64,000 bases of DNA from Octopus sinensis (GCF_006345805.1 NC_043004.1:79856001-79920000); one strand, 5' to 3'. Positions 12,170 to 25,440 are shown, numbered from the stretch's first letter. Translations and numbers: made by a program. The notes: a model not told the origin generated them from the letters alone.

Positions 12170-12400
12170 TAAGGTGCTGACCTGGCAGAATCGTTAGTAT
12201 GCTGGACAAAATGCTTGGTGGTATTTCGCTTGTCGCTATGTTCTTAGTTCAAATTCCACCAAGGACGACTTTGCCTTTCATTGTTTTGGGGTTGATAGAT
12301 TAAGTACCAGTGAAACACTGGGGTTAATGTAATCGACTAGTCCCCACCCCACAAATTTTGAGGCCTTGTACTTTGAGTAGAAAGGATTATTATTATTAAT
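12170..12400 (+). mobile_element. Family B SINE
   Basis: tggcagaatcgttag...gttcaaattcc...gcctttcat; (ATT)n flanks. Confidence 0.82.
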
Positions 12401-12439
12401 ATTATTATTAATATTATTATTATTATTATTATTATTATT

Positions 12440-12575
12440 TGCTGTAGATACATTGCCAGATTAGACTGGAGCCTGGTGCAGCCTTCTGGCTTCCCAGAAC
12501 CCCGGTCGAACCGTCCAACCCATGCTAGCATGGAGAACGGACGTTAAACAACGATGATGATGATGATGATGATGA
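12440..12575 (+). mobile_element. Family O 3' fragment
   Basis: ccaacccatgctagcatggagaacggacgttaaac(gat)n. Confidence 0.8.
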
Positions 12576-12624
12576 TATCGAGCTGTCAGAATCAGATTAT
12601 TATTATTAATATCATTATTATTAA

Positions 12625-13170
12625 GGCGTTGAGCTGGTAGAATCGGTAGCATGCTGAGCAAAATTACTCAACAGTATCTCATCCATCTTTATGCTTGAAG
12701 TTCAAATTCTGCTGAGGTCAGCTTTGCCTTTCATCCTTTCATCATCATCATCATCATTTAACGTCCGCTTTCCATGCTAGCATGGGTTGGACGATTTGAC
12801 TGAGGACTGGTGAACCAGATGGCTGCACCAAGCTCCAATCTGATCTGGCAGACTTTCTACAGCTGGATGCCCTTCCTAATTCCAACCACTCTGAGAGTGT
12901 AGTTGGTGCTTTTACGTGCCACTGGCACGACGGTCAGTCTGGCGATACTGGTAACGGCCACGCTCAAATGGTGTTTTTTACATGCCACCGGCACAGGAGT
13001 CAGTCAAGCGGCACTGGCAACGACCTCACTCGACTGTTTTGTTCTCATGCCACTGGCACAAGTGCCAGTAAGGCAACTGATAAAATAAATACCAGCTGTA
13101 CACTGGGGTTGATGTAATTTACTAACACCCTGCCCCAAAATTGCTGGCCTTGTGCCAAAATTTGAAGCCA
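12625..13170. mobile_element. Family B SINE (+) split by a family O element (-, about 12745-13075)
   Basis: B sequence stops at cctttcatcctttc and resumes at ataaaataaataccag. Confidence 0.75.
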
Positions 13171-13834
13171 TTATTATTCTTGTTGTTGTTGTAATTATCA
13201 CAATTATAATTATCATTTCTAGAATAGTTTCCAGGAACTGAAAATAGCATCTTTTGATTACCACCAAATCTTAAAACCAGTTCTTTCTTTTCCTGAAACT
13301 ACTTCATTCTCCTCCGTCTTTAAGTAGGACAAACCTAAATAATGGTAGAGGTACTAAACAAGAAATTCCTCGGTTTGTGGCTCTGCAACTTCATCTGTTG
13401 CAGAAGAATGCAGTAGAAGATGCTGCATCAAAGCAGAACACAAACAACAACAACTGACAGAAACCCTGGAATGACTATGAAATGGTTGCTGTATTTTAAT
13501 TTTCATGCTTTGTGTTACTTCAGGGAATGTCTGCTACATTTTAGGAAATCTTCACTATTTTGAAATAAAGCTTGTAGCTTTGTTGTTGTATAAATTGTTG
13601 TAATTCTAGAAAAACTTTGTTGATTAATCTTAAATATAAATTAATGTGCAGCTGCTGCTGTGTGGTAAGAAGCTTACTTCCCAAACACATGGTTCTGGGT
13701 TCATTCCCACTGTGCGATACACACCCTGGGTAAGGGATTTTCTACTATAGCCCCATGCTGATCAAAGTTTTATGAGTGGATTTGGTTGACGGAAACTGAA
13801 GGAAGCCCATCATGTATGTGTGTCTGTATAGATA

Positions 13835-14240
13835 TACTTTTATTCTTTTAATTGTTCTAGTCATTTGACTGTGGCCATGCTGGAGCACTGCCTTTAGTCA
13901 AGCAAATCAACCCCAGGACTTATTCTTTGTAAGCATAGTACTTATTCTATTGGTCTCTTTTGCCAAACTGCTAAGTTACGGGGACGTACGTACACCAACA
14001 TCAGTTGTCAAGTGATGGTGGGGTGGGGGAAAACACAAATACATACATGTATACATACATATATATATATAGATATATGTGTATATGACAGGCTTTTTTC
14101 AGTTTCTGTCTACTATATCCACTCACAAAACTTTGGCTGACCCAAGGCTGTACTAGAAGACATTTGCCCAAGATGCCACGCAGTGGGACTGAACCTGGAA
14201 CCATGTAGTTGGGAAGCAAGCTTCTTACCACACAGCCGCT
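13835..14240 (-). mobile_element. Family A SINE, full length
   Basis: Reverse complement of family A consensus. Confidence 0.88.
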
Positions 14241-14626
14241 CCAAATTATGAATGAATTATAAATAAAATGTGTGTATCTGTCTTTGTCTGTTTGTCACCC
14301 AGCACTGCTTGGGAGCCGGTGTTGGTGTGTTTATGTTCCCATATTTTCGTGGTTTGGCAAGGAAGATTGATAGAATAAGTGCCAGGTTTGACAAAAAAAA
14401 AAAAAACAAGTACCAGAGTCGATTCTGTTGACTATAAATTCTCCAAAGCAGTACTCCAGCATGGCCATAGTCTAATGACTGAAACCAAGTAAGAGAGAAA
14501 AGGTTTGAAGAAAATCCTGCCTATTTTAAGAAAATTCTTCTTCACCATTGTATTCCAGAAAGTATCACATTAACGACCCACTCATATTAATTATTCTTTT
14601 CTCTATTTCCGCATTCCTTCTTGGGT

Positions 14627-14876
14627 CTAATCTTCGAGTGAGCTAACTCCTTCAGTGACAGTTCCTTTTTCTCCGTTGCCTGTGATTCCATCTCCACCCC
14701 CCTCTCCCTCTCTCCGTCTCTCTCTTTTGCTTTTATGAATATTATTTACGGAAATGATATTCCTTGAATAACTGTAGCCTACCGGCATTTCACAAGCATT
14801 GGCAGGCATTGTGGAATTGTTCGGTAAAGTTAACAATCCCTGACTCAACTTATTGATGACTCCTTTTATGTGTTTT
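14627..14876 (-). CDS. Possible terminal exon, unknown product (KHIKGVINKLSQGLLTLPNN...TEGVSSLED*)
   Basis: Minus-strand acceptor ttctgctaatgctctttcag then 82 open codons, within a repeat-free island; no recognised homology. Confidence 0.25.
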
Positions 14877-17084
14877 CTGAAAGAGCATTAGCAGAAGCAA
14901 CAACAACAACAGCAGCAGCAGTAGCAGCAGTAGTTTTAGTTGCAGTCGCAGCACCAGCTGCAATGATGAGATGGGAGCAGTAGGAGTAGCAGTGCCATCA
15001 TCACCAAGCTTCTGTGACTGGAACCAGCAGCCCAGCAAGACATGGTCTCTTTACACACTCTACTTCTACTCCTACTGCCCCTACACCTATAGCTTGCACT
15101 CTGCAATGCTCGGTTTGGTTGGGAATTCCGTGCATGCTGCTAGACTACGGAGAATCTAAAGGTCTGCAAGTCGACGCTCTGTTGACAGATTGGGGGGGGA
15201 GACCAAAACTAAAATCTATAAAAATGACTCACTTTATTTATTATCACCAATATGGACGGAAATAGTGTTTCCATATATTAAGGTAAGCCCATACCATGTT
15301 TACCAAGACAATCCTCTTTTATTACAACTCTATTTGTACTCCTCTTGTTGCTGCTGTTATTGTTGTTGTTATCGTTAAGGGGAGAGATGTGTCTAAATAT
15401 TTTTTATTGGATTTTGATTCTTCATTATATTTTATTATTAGTTTCAATACATAGTTCATTAATTAAATCCTTTAAGATTAAAATAATTAACGAAACCTAG
15501 CTTAGTTTCATTCATATTTCCTTCGACTGTTGACTACTGGTCTGGTTCCTTACTCTTACCCTTTGGATCTACCATACTGTCTACAATTATTACCAAAATT
15601 TTACTGTTATTCTAGAATAATTCATACATTTATGTAAATCTGTGATTTCACATCACTTAACACTAAATAAATATAAGGATCCAGCATTTATGGGAATTCC
15701 CAAAGGAAAAGAATATTAAAGGTGTGAATGAGAATGACACTTGCTTGTGAGAATATAACATAACCCCTTTTTTTTTCATTTATATTTATTCATTTATTTG
15801 TAAGCCCCATATTTCTTCAGGTCTGTTCCTTATTTGAAACCTCACCCAGTAATTTCAGATGAAATCTGTTTTGTACAAATGTTTCCTTTCCTAGTGAAAC
15901 GCTCGATGTGTTATGTTACATGGTTGGCATCGTCTTGAATAATTCTTCGTACAATTCTCTTATATTTTAGACAAATTCCTTGTATAAAATTCTACCATAT
16001 ATTTACAAAGGAATGACAAGCACAAAAGTACTTTTGTACAGAAATATAGGATGGAATAATAATACATAAATATTAGAAAGAAAAAACACGCTAAAACAAA
16101 AAAAACAAACAAATGGTATCAACAGAATAACCCAGCTCTGTTGCTACATGTGGTTTTTGGTTAATGGAATGCCGCTATGGTTTTTCTATTGAAACACGTG
16201 CCGTTTACCGTTTACTACTGTCCAGCCAGGTGTTTGTGCAATTTAGCAGGCTGCTGTATGAGAGAATGTGTGATGCACCAATATTAAAGTTAGCCCTTTG
16301 CTTCTGCTTGATAAATATCCATTGAATTAGTCAGGCGGTTGTCTTTAACTTTCTACTTTCAGTTCATGTATTTGTTTTTGTTTTTGTTTTTTGTTTTTGT
16401 TTCAAATACTGACTCATAGTTGTGTTGCGTACTCCACCACCACCACCACCACCTCCACCATCCCCCCACTCGTTCATCAATGAATTTTTTTTCTTTTTTT
16501 CTGGCAGAATATCAATCCAGATAACATAGTAGCTGGATCCATGTTCCTCATTGTATTTATGGAACAATTAATTAACAGATTTTCATAAACGAGTTAAAAT
16601 AATTACCAAAGTTTCGAATAGTAAACAGGAATATCACTACAGTGTTATTCGAAGATTTTAGTATGTTTGTATTGTAATAAGGGTGGAATTAGGGTAGGAG
16701 AGCTAATTATTAATGTAATTGTAAGAAATCAATTATTTTTAGTCTTGATTAATTAGTTAATGGGAATATTTCTTTTCATGTGAAATGCAAACGATAAAAA
16801 GAACACAACAATAGCAATGGTAAAAAATTCTCTGATTTCATCATCGTTATTGTCATTAATTTAATATCCATTTAATAAGACTTGCAATAAGTTTTTAAAA
16901 TATCATTTTCTGTAATATTTCTTCATAAGTTCTCCACCATCTTACTTTTATAGCAGCACTTCCCCAACTTTTGTATTCTATACACCCCTTGTAACAAAAT
17001 ATAATTTTCAGGCTCCACACCCCTGCACCCAAACAAATTAATCAAATCTTGCATTATTTTTCCTCCTTTTTTTAAATATATTCT

Positions 17085-17242
17085 TCTTCTTCTTCTTCTT
17101 CTTCTTTCTCTTCTTTTTTCTCTTCTTCCTCTTCATCTTCCTCTTCATCTTCCTCTTCATCTTCCTCTTCTTCATATTCTTCCTCTTCTTCTTCTTTTTC
17201 TTCTTCTTCTTCTTCTTATTATTATTATTATTATTATTATTA
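17085..17242. repeat. (CTT)n, 12-mer (cttcctcttcat)n and (ATT)n compound repeat
   Basis: Direct reading. Confidence 0.93.
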
Positions 17243-17620
17243 TAGTGAAATGACTGAATTGTTAGTGTATCAGACAAAAGTGCTTGTGCCGTTTTCTTAT
17301 AACTCCTTCATTCTTCATTGAAACGCCGCTAAGGTTGGCTTTCGCTTTCATCCTTTCTGGGATCGATTCTTCTTAATATTATTAGATTATTTTTATTATA
17401 AGTGAATGACGAATTGTTAGTGTATCGGACAAAGTGCCTTATTGCTTTCTTATATCCTTCTCTGCATTAATTAAAAACGCTAAGTTGGCTTCGCCTTTCA
17501 TCCTTTCTGGGTCGATGAAATAAAGTGCCAGTCAAGTGCTGAAGTCAATAAAATTGACTCACAACTGCCTCCCACTAAAACTGCTGGCATTGTGCAAAAA
17601 CTGAAAAACATTATTAGTAT
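17242..17620 (+). mobile_element. Two strongly diverged family B SINE copies in tandem
   Basis: gaattgttagtgtatc...gcctttcatcctttctggg repeated at about 157-bp spacing. Confidence 0.65.
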
Positions 17621-18740
17621 TCTTATTAATGTTTGTTATTTTTCTACTTAAAGCATCTGATAATTTATAAGAAAATAGAGATATTTTAGCATTTGATGTC
17701 TTTTTATAATTAAATTCATAAAACAAAAAAACTAAATCCTGTTTTTAGATATTTGCTTTTGTGAAAATACAGTTACATGTTGATAATTCTGCAGCAAAGA
17801 TCCGGATCTTTCTGATCAGAGCTGTATTATTCATTCCTTTAAGTGACCTGTATGTTTTGGATTGGTCATACATAAAAGACACATCACTAATGGCCAGTAC
17901 ATCCTGTCTAGCTACTGGTGTCTACATGATCCAGTGATGTTTTTTTGTTCAACCATCACCTGGTTTCCCTCTGCTCTTTGATATTCAGCCCTTTAAGCTT
18001 TCTGTGAATTAATATCCTTTGAATTTGCAGGGGCCTTTTTTTTCCTTCTTTTTAGTCCCTTACTATATTGTGGTCTCAAGTGCTGCTCATAACAAAATCA
18101 TATTATGAAAAAACTGTTTAAAAGGGGTTTGTAAATGCAAGTTAGTAAATTCACCGTCTGTCAAAACTTTATTCACTCCTAGTGGTCTGTAGGACTCCTT
18201 TGAGAAACCCTGTTTTATAGTAATAATGAAGAATTCAAACTGGATCCATTTTTGGTACATTTTAAACTATCCCCTGTGCCTGTCCCACTTTCATACCTTA
18301 ACCTCTCAATACTTGGCATAAAGCTAGCTCCCTCAATACTGTCTCCTGTTTAGTTGAAGGGCTGTTTTGTGAGTTGTTCGATGTCCTCACTACAAACAGG
18401 GTCAATCACAAGAAAAAAAAGGCACTCTGTGAAGTGGTTGGTGACAGGAAGGGCGTCCAGCCATAAGAACTATGCCAAAACAGATACTGGAGCTTGACAT
18501 TGTTTGCCAATTTTTTTGGATCCTGTCAAACTATCCACTCAATGCCAACATGGAAGAAGGATGTTTGTTGATGATGGTAGAAATGGCTCTGGTGATTTCT
18601 TTCGTTTCTTCACATTTATTGTGGAACTTGGGTAACTACTAGGGTTATTGATTGTATGAATTATCTGAGGAGAATTTTGATCTTAAGAGAAACGATTGTT
18701 TTTAATATTGGTCGAGATTTCTTTAATGCCAATTTGTCAT

Positions 18741-18966
18741 TTAACCCTTTTGGTAATAATCTGCCTGAAACTGACCCTGGTTCTATGATACAAACTTCCT
18801 GTTTTTAAAGTGATCTAAATCAAAATCTTTGTCAAAATTCCATGTTAATTTATATCCCAAACATCTGCTTAATAATAAGTTATTTTACCAAGTTCTTCGT
18901 TAGCTTCAAAATTAATTAAAACAAATGCAGTGTATTTCATTAGAAATATGTTAACAAATGGGTTAA
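18741..18966 (+). mobile_element. piggyBac-like MITE
   Basis: TTAA-ccctttt ... aaatggg-TTAA. Confidence 0.75.
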
Positions 18967-19300
18967 CCCTCTTGGTATGAACTCTCCTGAGACTGTCCTT
19001 AGTTCTGTGGTACATCTTGTTTTAAAGTTGTTGTTTGTTCCTTCTTGAGCCATTCCTGGCTCATAAGGGCCAGTTTCCTGGTTTCCTTGGCGTATAGGTT
19101 CCCCACCTGGATGGGACACCGGTCCGTTGCAGTTGTTTTAAATTGATCTAAATTAAAACTTGTCATCAAAAGTTCATGTCAATTTACTTTCTAAATTCCA
19201 GTTTAATAAAACAACGAAGTTCTTTTATTGAATTCTTCCTTACTTTCAAAATTAATTGAAACCAGGGAAGGGTATTTCAATGAAGTAACAAAAGGATTAG
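18963..19300 (+). mobile_element. Second piggyBac-like MITE sharing the TTAA, containing a SINE D 3' fragment (19027-19132)
   Basis: TTAA-ccctctt ... aaaagga-TTAG; TSD ttgttttaaa at 19017-19026 and 19133-19142. Confidence 0.7.
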
Positions 19301-20176
19301 CGAAGTACCTCTTCAGTATTCTCAAATCCTTTCTGGTTCCTAAAAACGTTATACAGCCATTTTCCTCATAGTTTCCTGAAGCGTTTATTGGTCGCCTCTA
19401 AGCCTTACTCATGCTGGATCTCCTCTTCGATAACGAGGACAATCTGGTTTAATATTGATCTGGAGTAATTAAGTTACTCCTCCTAAACTCACTCACTACA
19501 CCCTTCTCTCTCTTTTCCTCTTCTCATCCCTTTGGCTTTCAAGTCTCAGAAGACTTTATTCCCCATAATTAGCTAAACCATTCATTCTCAGAACGTTGTT
19601 TTGGAATTCCTTTCATGTCCTGTGTCTTCTTTCCAATAACAAATCTCTAAAAATCAAAACAGAACAACAACTGGACTATTCTTCGATCTGATCCAACAAT
19701 TCCTGGCTTTAAAGGTTTATAAAAAAAAAAGGGTCGTTTGCATTTAATCCTCTGTTCTTACACACTCACTGCCTGCCTAGCTGTCCACTTGTCTGTCTGT
19801 CTGTCCATCCGTCTGTTTCTCTCTTTTCCTCTCTGTACCCCTTTTTCTCTGTCCTTTTCTGCTCCCTCCCCTTCTCTCACTGTGTCCTCACCCCATCTCT
19901 GCCCCTCTTCTCTCTCTGCTCTCTTTCCTTTCTTTCTGTATGTGTATCTATCTGTCTCTCTCTCTCCTCTCCTTTATTCCTTTCTTTCCCTTTCTTCTCT
20001 CTCACATGCATGCACACACACACACACACACACACACGCACATGTACACAGCCTAACATTTTCCAGAATTAAACAGACAAGAATTGGTTCTTCTAAAAGA
20101 TACTTTTAGTTTAGTATTTAGTACCCCTCACCTCTTCCTATCCCACATCTCTTTTACCAAATACCCCTTAGTCAAC

Positions 20177-20224
<48 letters not shown>

Positions 20225-20470
20225 TGCAGTATTGTTCCTTATGCCATTCCTCAATTGTACTTGGAAAAATCTCCATTTGCTTCATTGACAAAACCTTTCA
20301 GGTTTCATATTTTAGTTCTACAAGAATTTACTCCATTTTGGAACTTCTTGGAATCTACCTCAGCAGTGCTGTAACAATTTTACTGCATTCAGCTTCCATC
20401 ATTTATTCTGGTGTGTTTTATACCCAGAACCAAAAGCCATCTCTGAATGGAACTTTTTATTTCTCTATTT

Positions 20471-20790
20471 TAGTGGTTCTCAACCATTCTTTATCTATGG
20501 AGCCCCCTTCAATTACTATTTTATTCTGGTGACCCCCCCCCATAGCCATTCAATGTTTAAAACCTTGTTTTATAGAAACTTCTTTCAAAATTCTTATTCT
20601 GTTTATCACACATTAACCTGTGCAGGTTAGTCTATGTAAAATGTTAGAGAAAGAAACCTACTTGTTTCTTGCCATACATACCATTGCATACATTTAAAGT
20701 AACATTTTTTCAGGGGCCCTTAAATTACTATTGTAGATTCCTGATTTACTATTTTCTTGCATGGACCCTCCTGTATAGACCCTTAGGAGC
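20471..20790. mobile_element. hAT-like MITE, left part
   Basis: tagtggttctcaacc TIR; body similar to 55825-55925, which ends gttgagaaccactg. Confidence 0.55.
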
Positions 20791-20879
20791 CATATGAATC
20801 CTTATTGAGCACCACTACTCGATTTAATTATCTCACTGTCCTGCACTTTATGCAGATGTCTACTATTGTCATCTTAAAA

Positions 20880-21192
20880 ACAATAAACGTCGCCCTTTTC
20901 AAGCCTAGTCAGGCTCATGGGCCCAATTTCCTGGTTTCTGTGGTGTATGTGTTCCCCCCAGCTGGACGGGACGCCAGTCCATCGCAGCATTACCCAAGAA
21001 ACATGAAGAGAGCGTGAGAGAAAGTGTGGTGAAAGAGTACAACAGGGGTCACCACCACACCCTGCTAGAGCCTCGTGGAGCTTTTGGGTGTTTTCACTCA
21101 ATAAACACACACAAAGCCCAGTCTGGGAATCGAAACCGCGACCCTCCGACCATGAGTCCGCTGCCCTAACCACTAGGCCATTGTGCCTCCAC
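20880..21192 (-). mobile_element. Family D tRNA-derived SINE
   Basis: Minus-strand head GGAGGCACAATGGCCTAGTGGTTAGGGCAGCGGACTCATGGTCGGAGGGTCGCGGTTTCGATTCCC. Confidence 0.8.
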
Positions 21193-21369
21193 ACTATCAT
21201 CTTAGGCTGACCAAAAACATTGTAAATGGATTTGGTAGACGGAAACTGTACAGAAGTGTGTGTGTATGTGTGCATGCCTGTATAAATGCTTACATTGTGC
21301 ATCTTTGACACTGTGCTACAAACATGATGTCAGTTATTTCCTGCCAACAAATCCCCTGCTGCTTCTGCT

Positions 21370-21720
21370 CTTAGAATCTCAATTTGCAACCATGTGGTCT
21401 TGGGTTCAGTCCCAATGTGTGACACCTTGGGCAAATGTCTTCTGCTGTAGCCTCAGGCCAACCGATGCCTTGTGATTGAATTTAGTAGATGGAAACTGTA
21501 TGGAAGCCCATCATAGATTCACACACACATACACATACACACACACACACCACTTGATAAGTAGTATTGGTTTGGTTTATGTCCACATGACTTAGCAGTT
21601 CAGCAAAAAAGTACCAATAAACTAACAGGCTTAAAGATAAATACTGGAGTTGATTTGGCTGACTTAACCCTTGAAAGCAGTGCCCCAGCATGGCCACGGT
21701 TCAATGGCCAAAAACACATA
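21370..21720 (+). mobile_element. Family A SINE
   Basis: ggttcagtcccaatgtgtgacaccttgggcaaatgtcttc to cagcatggccac. Confidence 0.8.
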
Positions 21721-22194
21721 AAAATAAGATATAAAGATCCTGGAGTTTTATCTGATATTTCCGTTCCACTCTTCACACACGGATTCCTAATTGATCGAAG
21801 TCAGGAAATAAACAAATGGAAAAAACTTACCAGAACTGTTAGAATTATTGGTGCTGCCAATGCTTGGAGAGAATTGATTAAACCAAACCTATAAAAGTAT
21901 ATAAGCATAGGCATGGCCATGTGGTTAACCAGCTTGTTTTCCAACCAGTTTCTGTTCCACTGTGTGGCACCTTAAGCATGAATTCCTTCAATAGCCCTTA
22001 GCAGACTAGAGCCTTGGGAGTGAATTTAGTATATGGCAACTGAAAGAAGCCCCTTTGTGTGTGTGTGTGTCTTTTATATTTTGCTTGCTTCAATCATTAG
22101 ACTGTGGCCATGCTGGGGCACTTCCTTTTAGTCAAATGAATCAACCTCAGTATATATATATATATATAAGTATATCTATTTGCACATGCATAAT

Positions 22195-22480
22195 CATCAT
22201 CATCATCATCATTTAACGTCCGCTTTCCATGCTGGCATGGGTTGGACGGTTTGACTGAGTACTGGTGAGCCAGAAGGCTGCACCGGGCTCAACCTGATCT
22301 GGCAAAGTTTCTACAGCTGAATGCCCTTCCTAATGCCAACTACTCCGAGAGTGTAGTGGGTGCTTTTATGTGCCACCGGCACGGGAGCCAATCCGTGGCC
22401 CTGGCAACAATCACGCCCAGATGTGCTCTTAACGTTCCACTGGTATGAGTGCCAATCAGGCAGTACTGTCATCGGCCACA
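22195..22480 (-). mobile_element. Family O element
   Basis: (cat)n-ttaacgtccgctttccatgctggcatgggttggacg. Confidence 0.85.
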
Positions 22481-22485
22481 TCAGC

Positions 22486-22565
<80 letters not shown>

Positions 22566-23039
22566 ACTCCATACATTCACATAAATGAGTTGCCAATGTT
22601 TTCGAGGCATAACGAGATAGTGAAAAAATCATAGTATTTATCTTTTGATATGGATGTCAAGGAGACCGGCAAATAATGAATCCAGCCAAAATATAGTTAA
22701 ATAAGCTATTACAGCCTAAGCCAAATATTAATTATATAGGATATATAAAGAAGTTTCATTCTAAATTAACAGCTGTCACAGAATTCTAGCTCTCTTTGAT
22801 AAATGAATATATTTTCACTAGATTTGCAAAACTCATGGATGCTTGTGCCAGCCCCCTGGTTTTGAGGATACCCTACCCTCTGATAAATAGCAACAAAAAG
22901 AAGTGCATCATATATGTATCACATTTATTTTTGTAAAATTGCACGCCTAATTTAGTGTTAAATCTTGGTTCCAAATTTATTCCCTTCATAGTGCCTGGAA
23001 TATGCCGCACCTTAGGTTTCTCTCTTAAAATCAAGTATA

Positions 23040-23406
23040 AAACGAGCCCTCAGAGAGCACAAACCTCTGCCAAAGCAACACCAATGTCCTCTCAACGATT
23101 TGCCAGAGAGGATTTTTAAAATGAGAATATATGAAATAAACTTGACTGCTCTCACAAATGAGAATACTAGAAATGAACCTGACCGCTCTCAAAAATTAAG
23201 TAAAAAAAAAACAGGAAAAATAATCCATAATTCTTGTCCGGTACCAGATCGATCCCAAAATTTAATCAGTTCATGCCAGTCATGAGGCCATTCATCCCTG
23301 AAAGTTTCATTCAAATCCATCCTGTGATTCTTGAGATATTTTGTCCATGGACAAACAAACATGACTGAAAACAATACCTTCACCTTCGCTAAGGTGGAGG
23401 TAATAA
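23040..23406 (-). mobile_element. Helentron-associated (HINE/DINE-1-like) element
   Basis: Minus strand starts ttattacctccaccttagcgaagg (hairpin 23377-23401), then gtttgtttgtcc and atggatttgaatgaaact; other end gagccctcagagagcacaaacctctgccaa. Confidence 0.7.
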
Positions 23407-23641
23407 TGCAACTTATATATGAATACGGTGTGTGTGTGTGTCTTTGTCATCATTTGATGGTTGTAAACGAGCATCATTGTCACATAAGCAATGTCCATGT
23501 CCAATCTGCCATGAAAATATGTCCAGACATGGAGAAATATTGCCTTGCTTGGATGGAATATAGTGAGAGTTGGCAACAGGGAAGGCATCCAGCTGTAGAA
23601 AACTTGCCTCAACAAGGCAGCCAGATTTCCTTTAGCTTCTA

Positions 23642-23973
23642 CTGTATTTGATGGCGTATAACATGCACCTTTTTGGACCCAAAAGTGGATTTAAAAATCC
23701 CCCTGAGTCCAATGCACTCATTGTAGGCTCAAAATTCTCTCAAAATGGTATGTTTACAAAACATGTGCTGCCATCTGTTGGTGAATAATTGCCTATTGTA
23801 TGTTCATATTGAATGTGGATGCAATAAATTGCTTATAATTACCAGTAATAACATAAAGTTATACAGATAGGTTGAGGAATTAAAACATTTTAGTGGTAAT
23901 TTATTGTACAAAGTATAGCCTAGTTTAGGGTGCATCCTGTGCACTCATGTACCTTATAGGCCATCAAATATGG
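23642..23973. mobile_element. pogo/Tc1-mariner-type MITE
   Basis: TIRs ctgtatttgatggcgtataa / ttataggccatcaaatatgg with TA on both sides. Confidence 0.75.
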
Positions 23974-24284
23974 TACTTTTCCATGTAAGCATGGAAAAGC
24001 AAATTTTAAAGCGATATGTGCATGTGTACACTTACCATGTAAAAAGCTGGTGTCACTTAAAGTGCACCCAGTACACTTTGTAAAGTGGTTAGCATTAGGA
24101 AGAGCATCCGGCCATAGAAACCTTGCCAAAACAATGGAACCTGGTGTGACCTCTGGCATTACCATTCAACCCATGCCAGCACAGAAAACGGAAATTAAAT
24201 GACGATGATGTTGATATTCTCACAGATGGTGTATTCTTGTAATCTGTGTCTGCCTTCAGCTTAATGGTTAACACTAACATAGGC

Positions 24285-24505
24285 AGTGAGCTGGCAGAAA
24301 CATTAGCACGCCGGGCGAAATGCGTAGCCGTACTTCATCTGCTGCTACGTTCTGAGTTCAAATTCCGCCGAGATCGACTTTGCCTTTCATCCTTTCGGGG
24401 TTGATAAATTAAGTACCAGTTATGCACTGGGGTCGATGTAATCGACTTAATCCTTGTTTTTCCCTGCTGTGTTTAGCTCCTGGTGGGTAGTAAAGAAATA
24501 GGTTA
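24285..24505 (+). mobile_element. Family B SINE, young copy
   Basis: CpG-rich, near consensus. Confidence 0.88.
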
Positions 24506-25094
24506 ACACTAACGTGGCATTTAACCTATAGATTTGCAGATAAACAAAGGAACTCATAGTTGTATATATTGATTCTTCTTCACCTGTGAAACATGTAATT
24601 GATTGTTGAATCATTGAAGGTAAAGTATTTGCAGTTTGTGATATATCTTCTGAAGTATTCTGCATGACTTTTAACAGTGTTGTTAAATATTATTTTTGAT
24701 AAATAAATATCTTCCAAAATAGGGTATTGTAATATGGCAATGTGCCTTGAACCCTAGGAGGTCTTTATCAGAATTTAAAACACTGAACTAGTTGTCTTAC
24801 AGGTTGATGGTTATTTAGAACAAAAGTTGACAAACTTCTTGAATGATCAACCTCTTCATGAAATCATTCTCAGCTTGTCAACTCCCCCACTCCAATCATA
24901 ATGTAGATTTCTGAAATCAGATCAATAAGTATAATTATTAATTAAAACAGAATTTTCTTGATTTAAAAGCAATAATTCCTTTGTTCTTTTGTGTCATTAC
25001 CAGTTTTTCATAAGAAATTTAGTGAAAATATTTTTTTAAAAATTGATAAAAATCAATAAAAATTCAGTCATATTATCTTTTACTACTTTCTGTT

Positions 25095-25440
25095 ATCAGA
25101 CTGTGGCCATGCTGGGGCACTGCCTTGAACAATTTTTAGCCAAATGAATTGACCCTAGTAATTATTCTTTTAAGCCAGGTATTTATTCTATTTGCCACTT
25201 TTGCCAAACCGCTAAGTTACAGGGACATAAATAAGCCAACACTGGTTGTCAGGCAGTGGTGGGGACAAACAGACACGATGGGCTTCTTTCAGTTTCTATC
25301 TACCAAATCCACTTAAAAGGTTTTGGTTGGTCTGAGGCTATGGCAGAAGACTCTTTCCCAAGGTGCCACACAGTGGAACTGATCTCAGAACCATGTGGTT
25401 GGGAAGCAAGCTTCGTACCATACAGCCACTCCTACACCTG
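25095..25440 (-). mobile_element. Family A SINE
   Basis: Reverse complement of family A. Confidence 0.82.

Noticed and set aside
13328-13456. Acceptor plus short ORF ending NNNN*; similar cases near 3980, 6493, 16506, 24590, 27065, 28526, 42560 and 54045
   Set aside because: Frames of 20-55 codons with an upstream AG are expected by chance on both strands; no domain and no consistent exon chain
17038-17277. Poly-Lys/Arg ORF or acidic EEED tract on the minus strand
   Set aside because: Simple (CTT)n/(ATT)n repeat with no splice support
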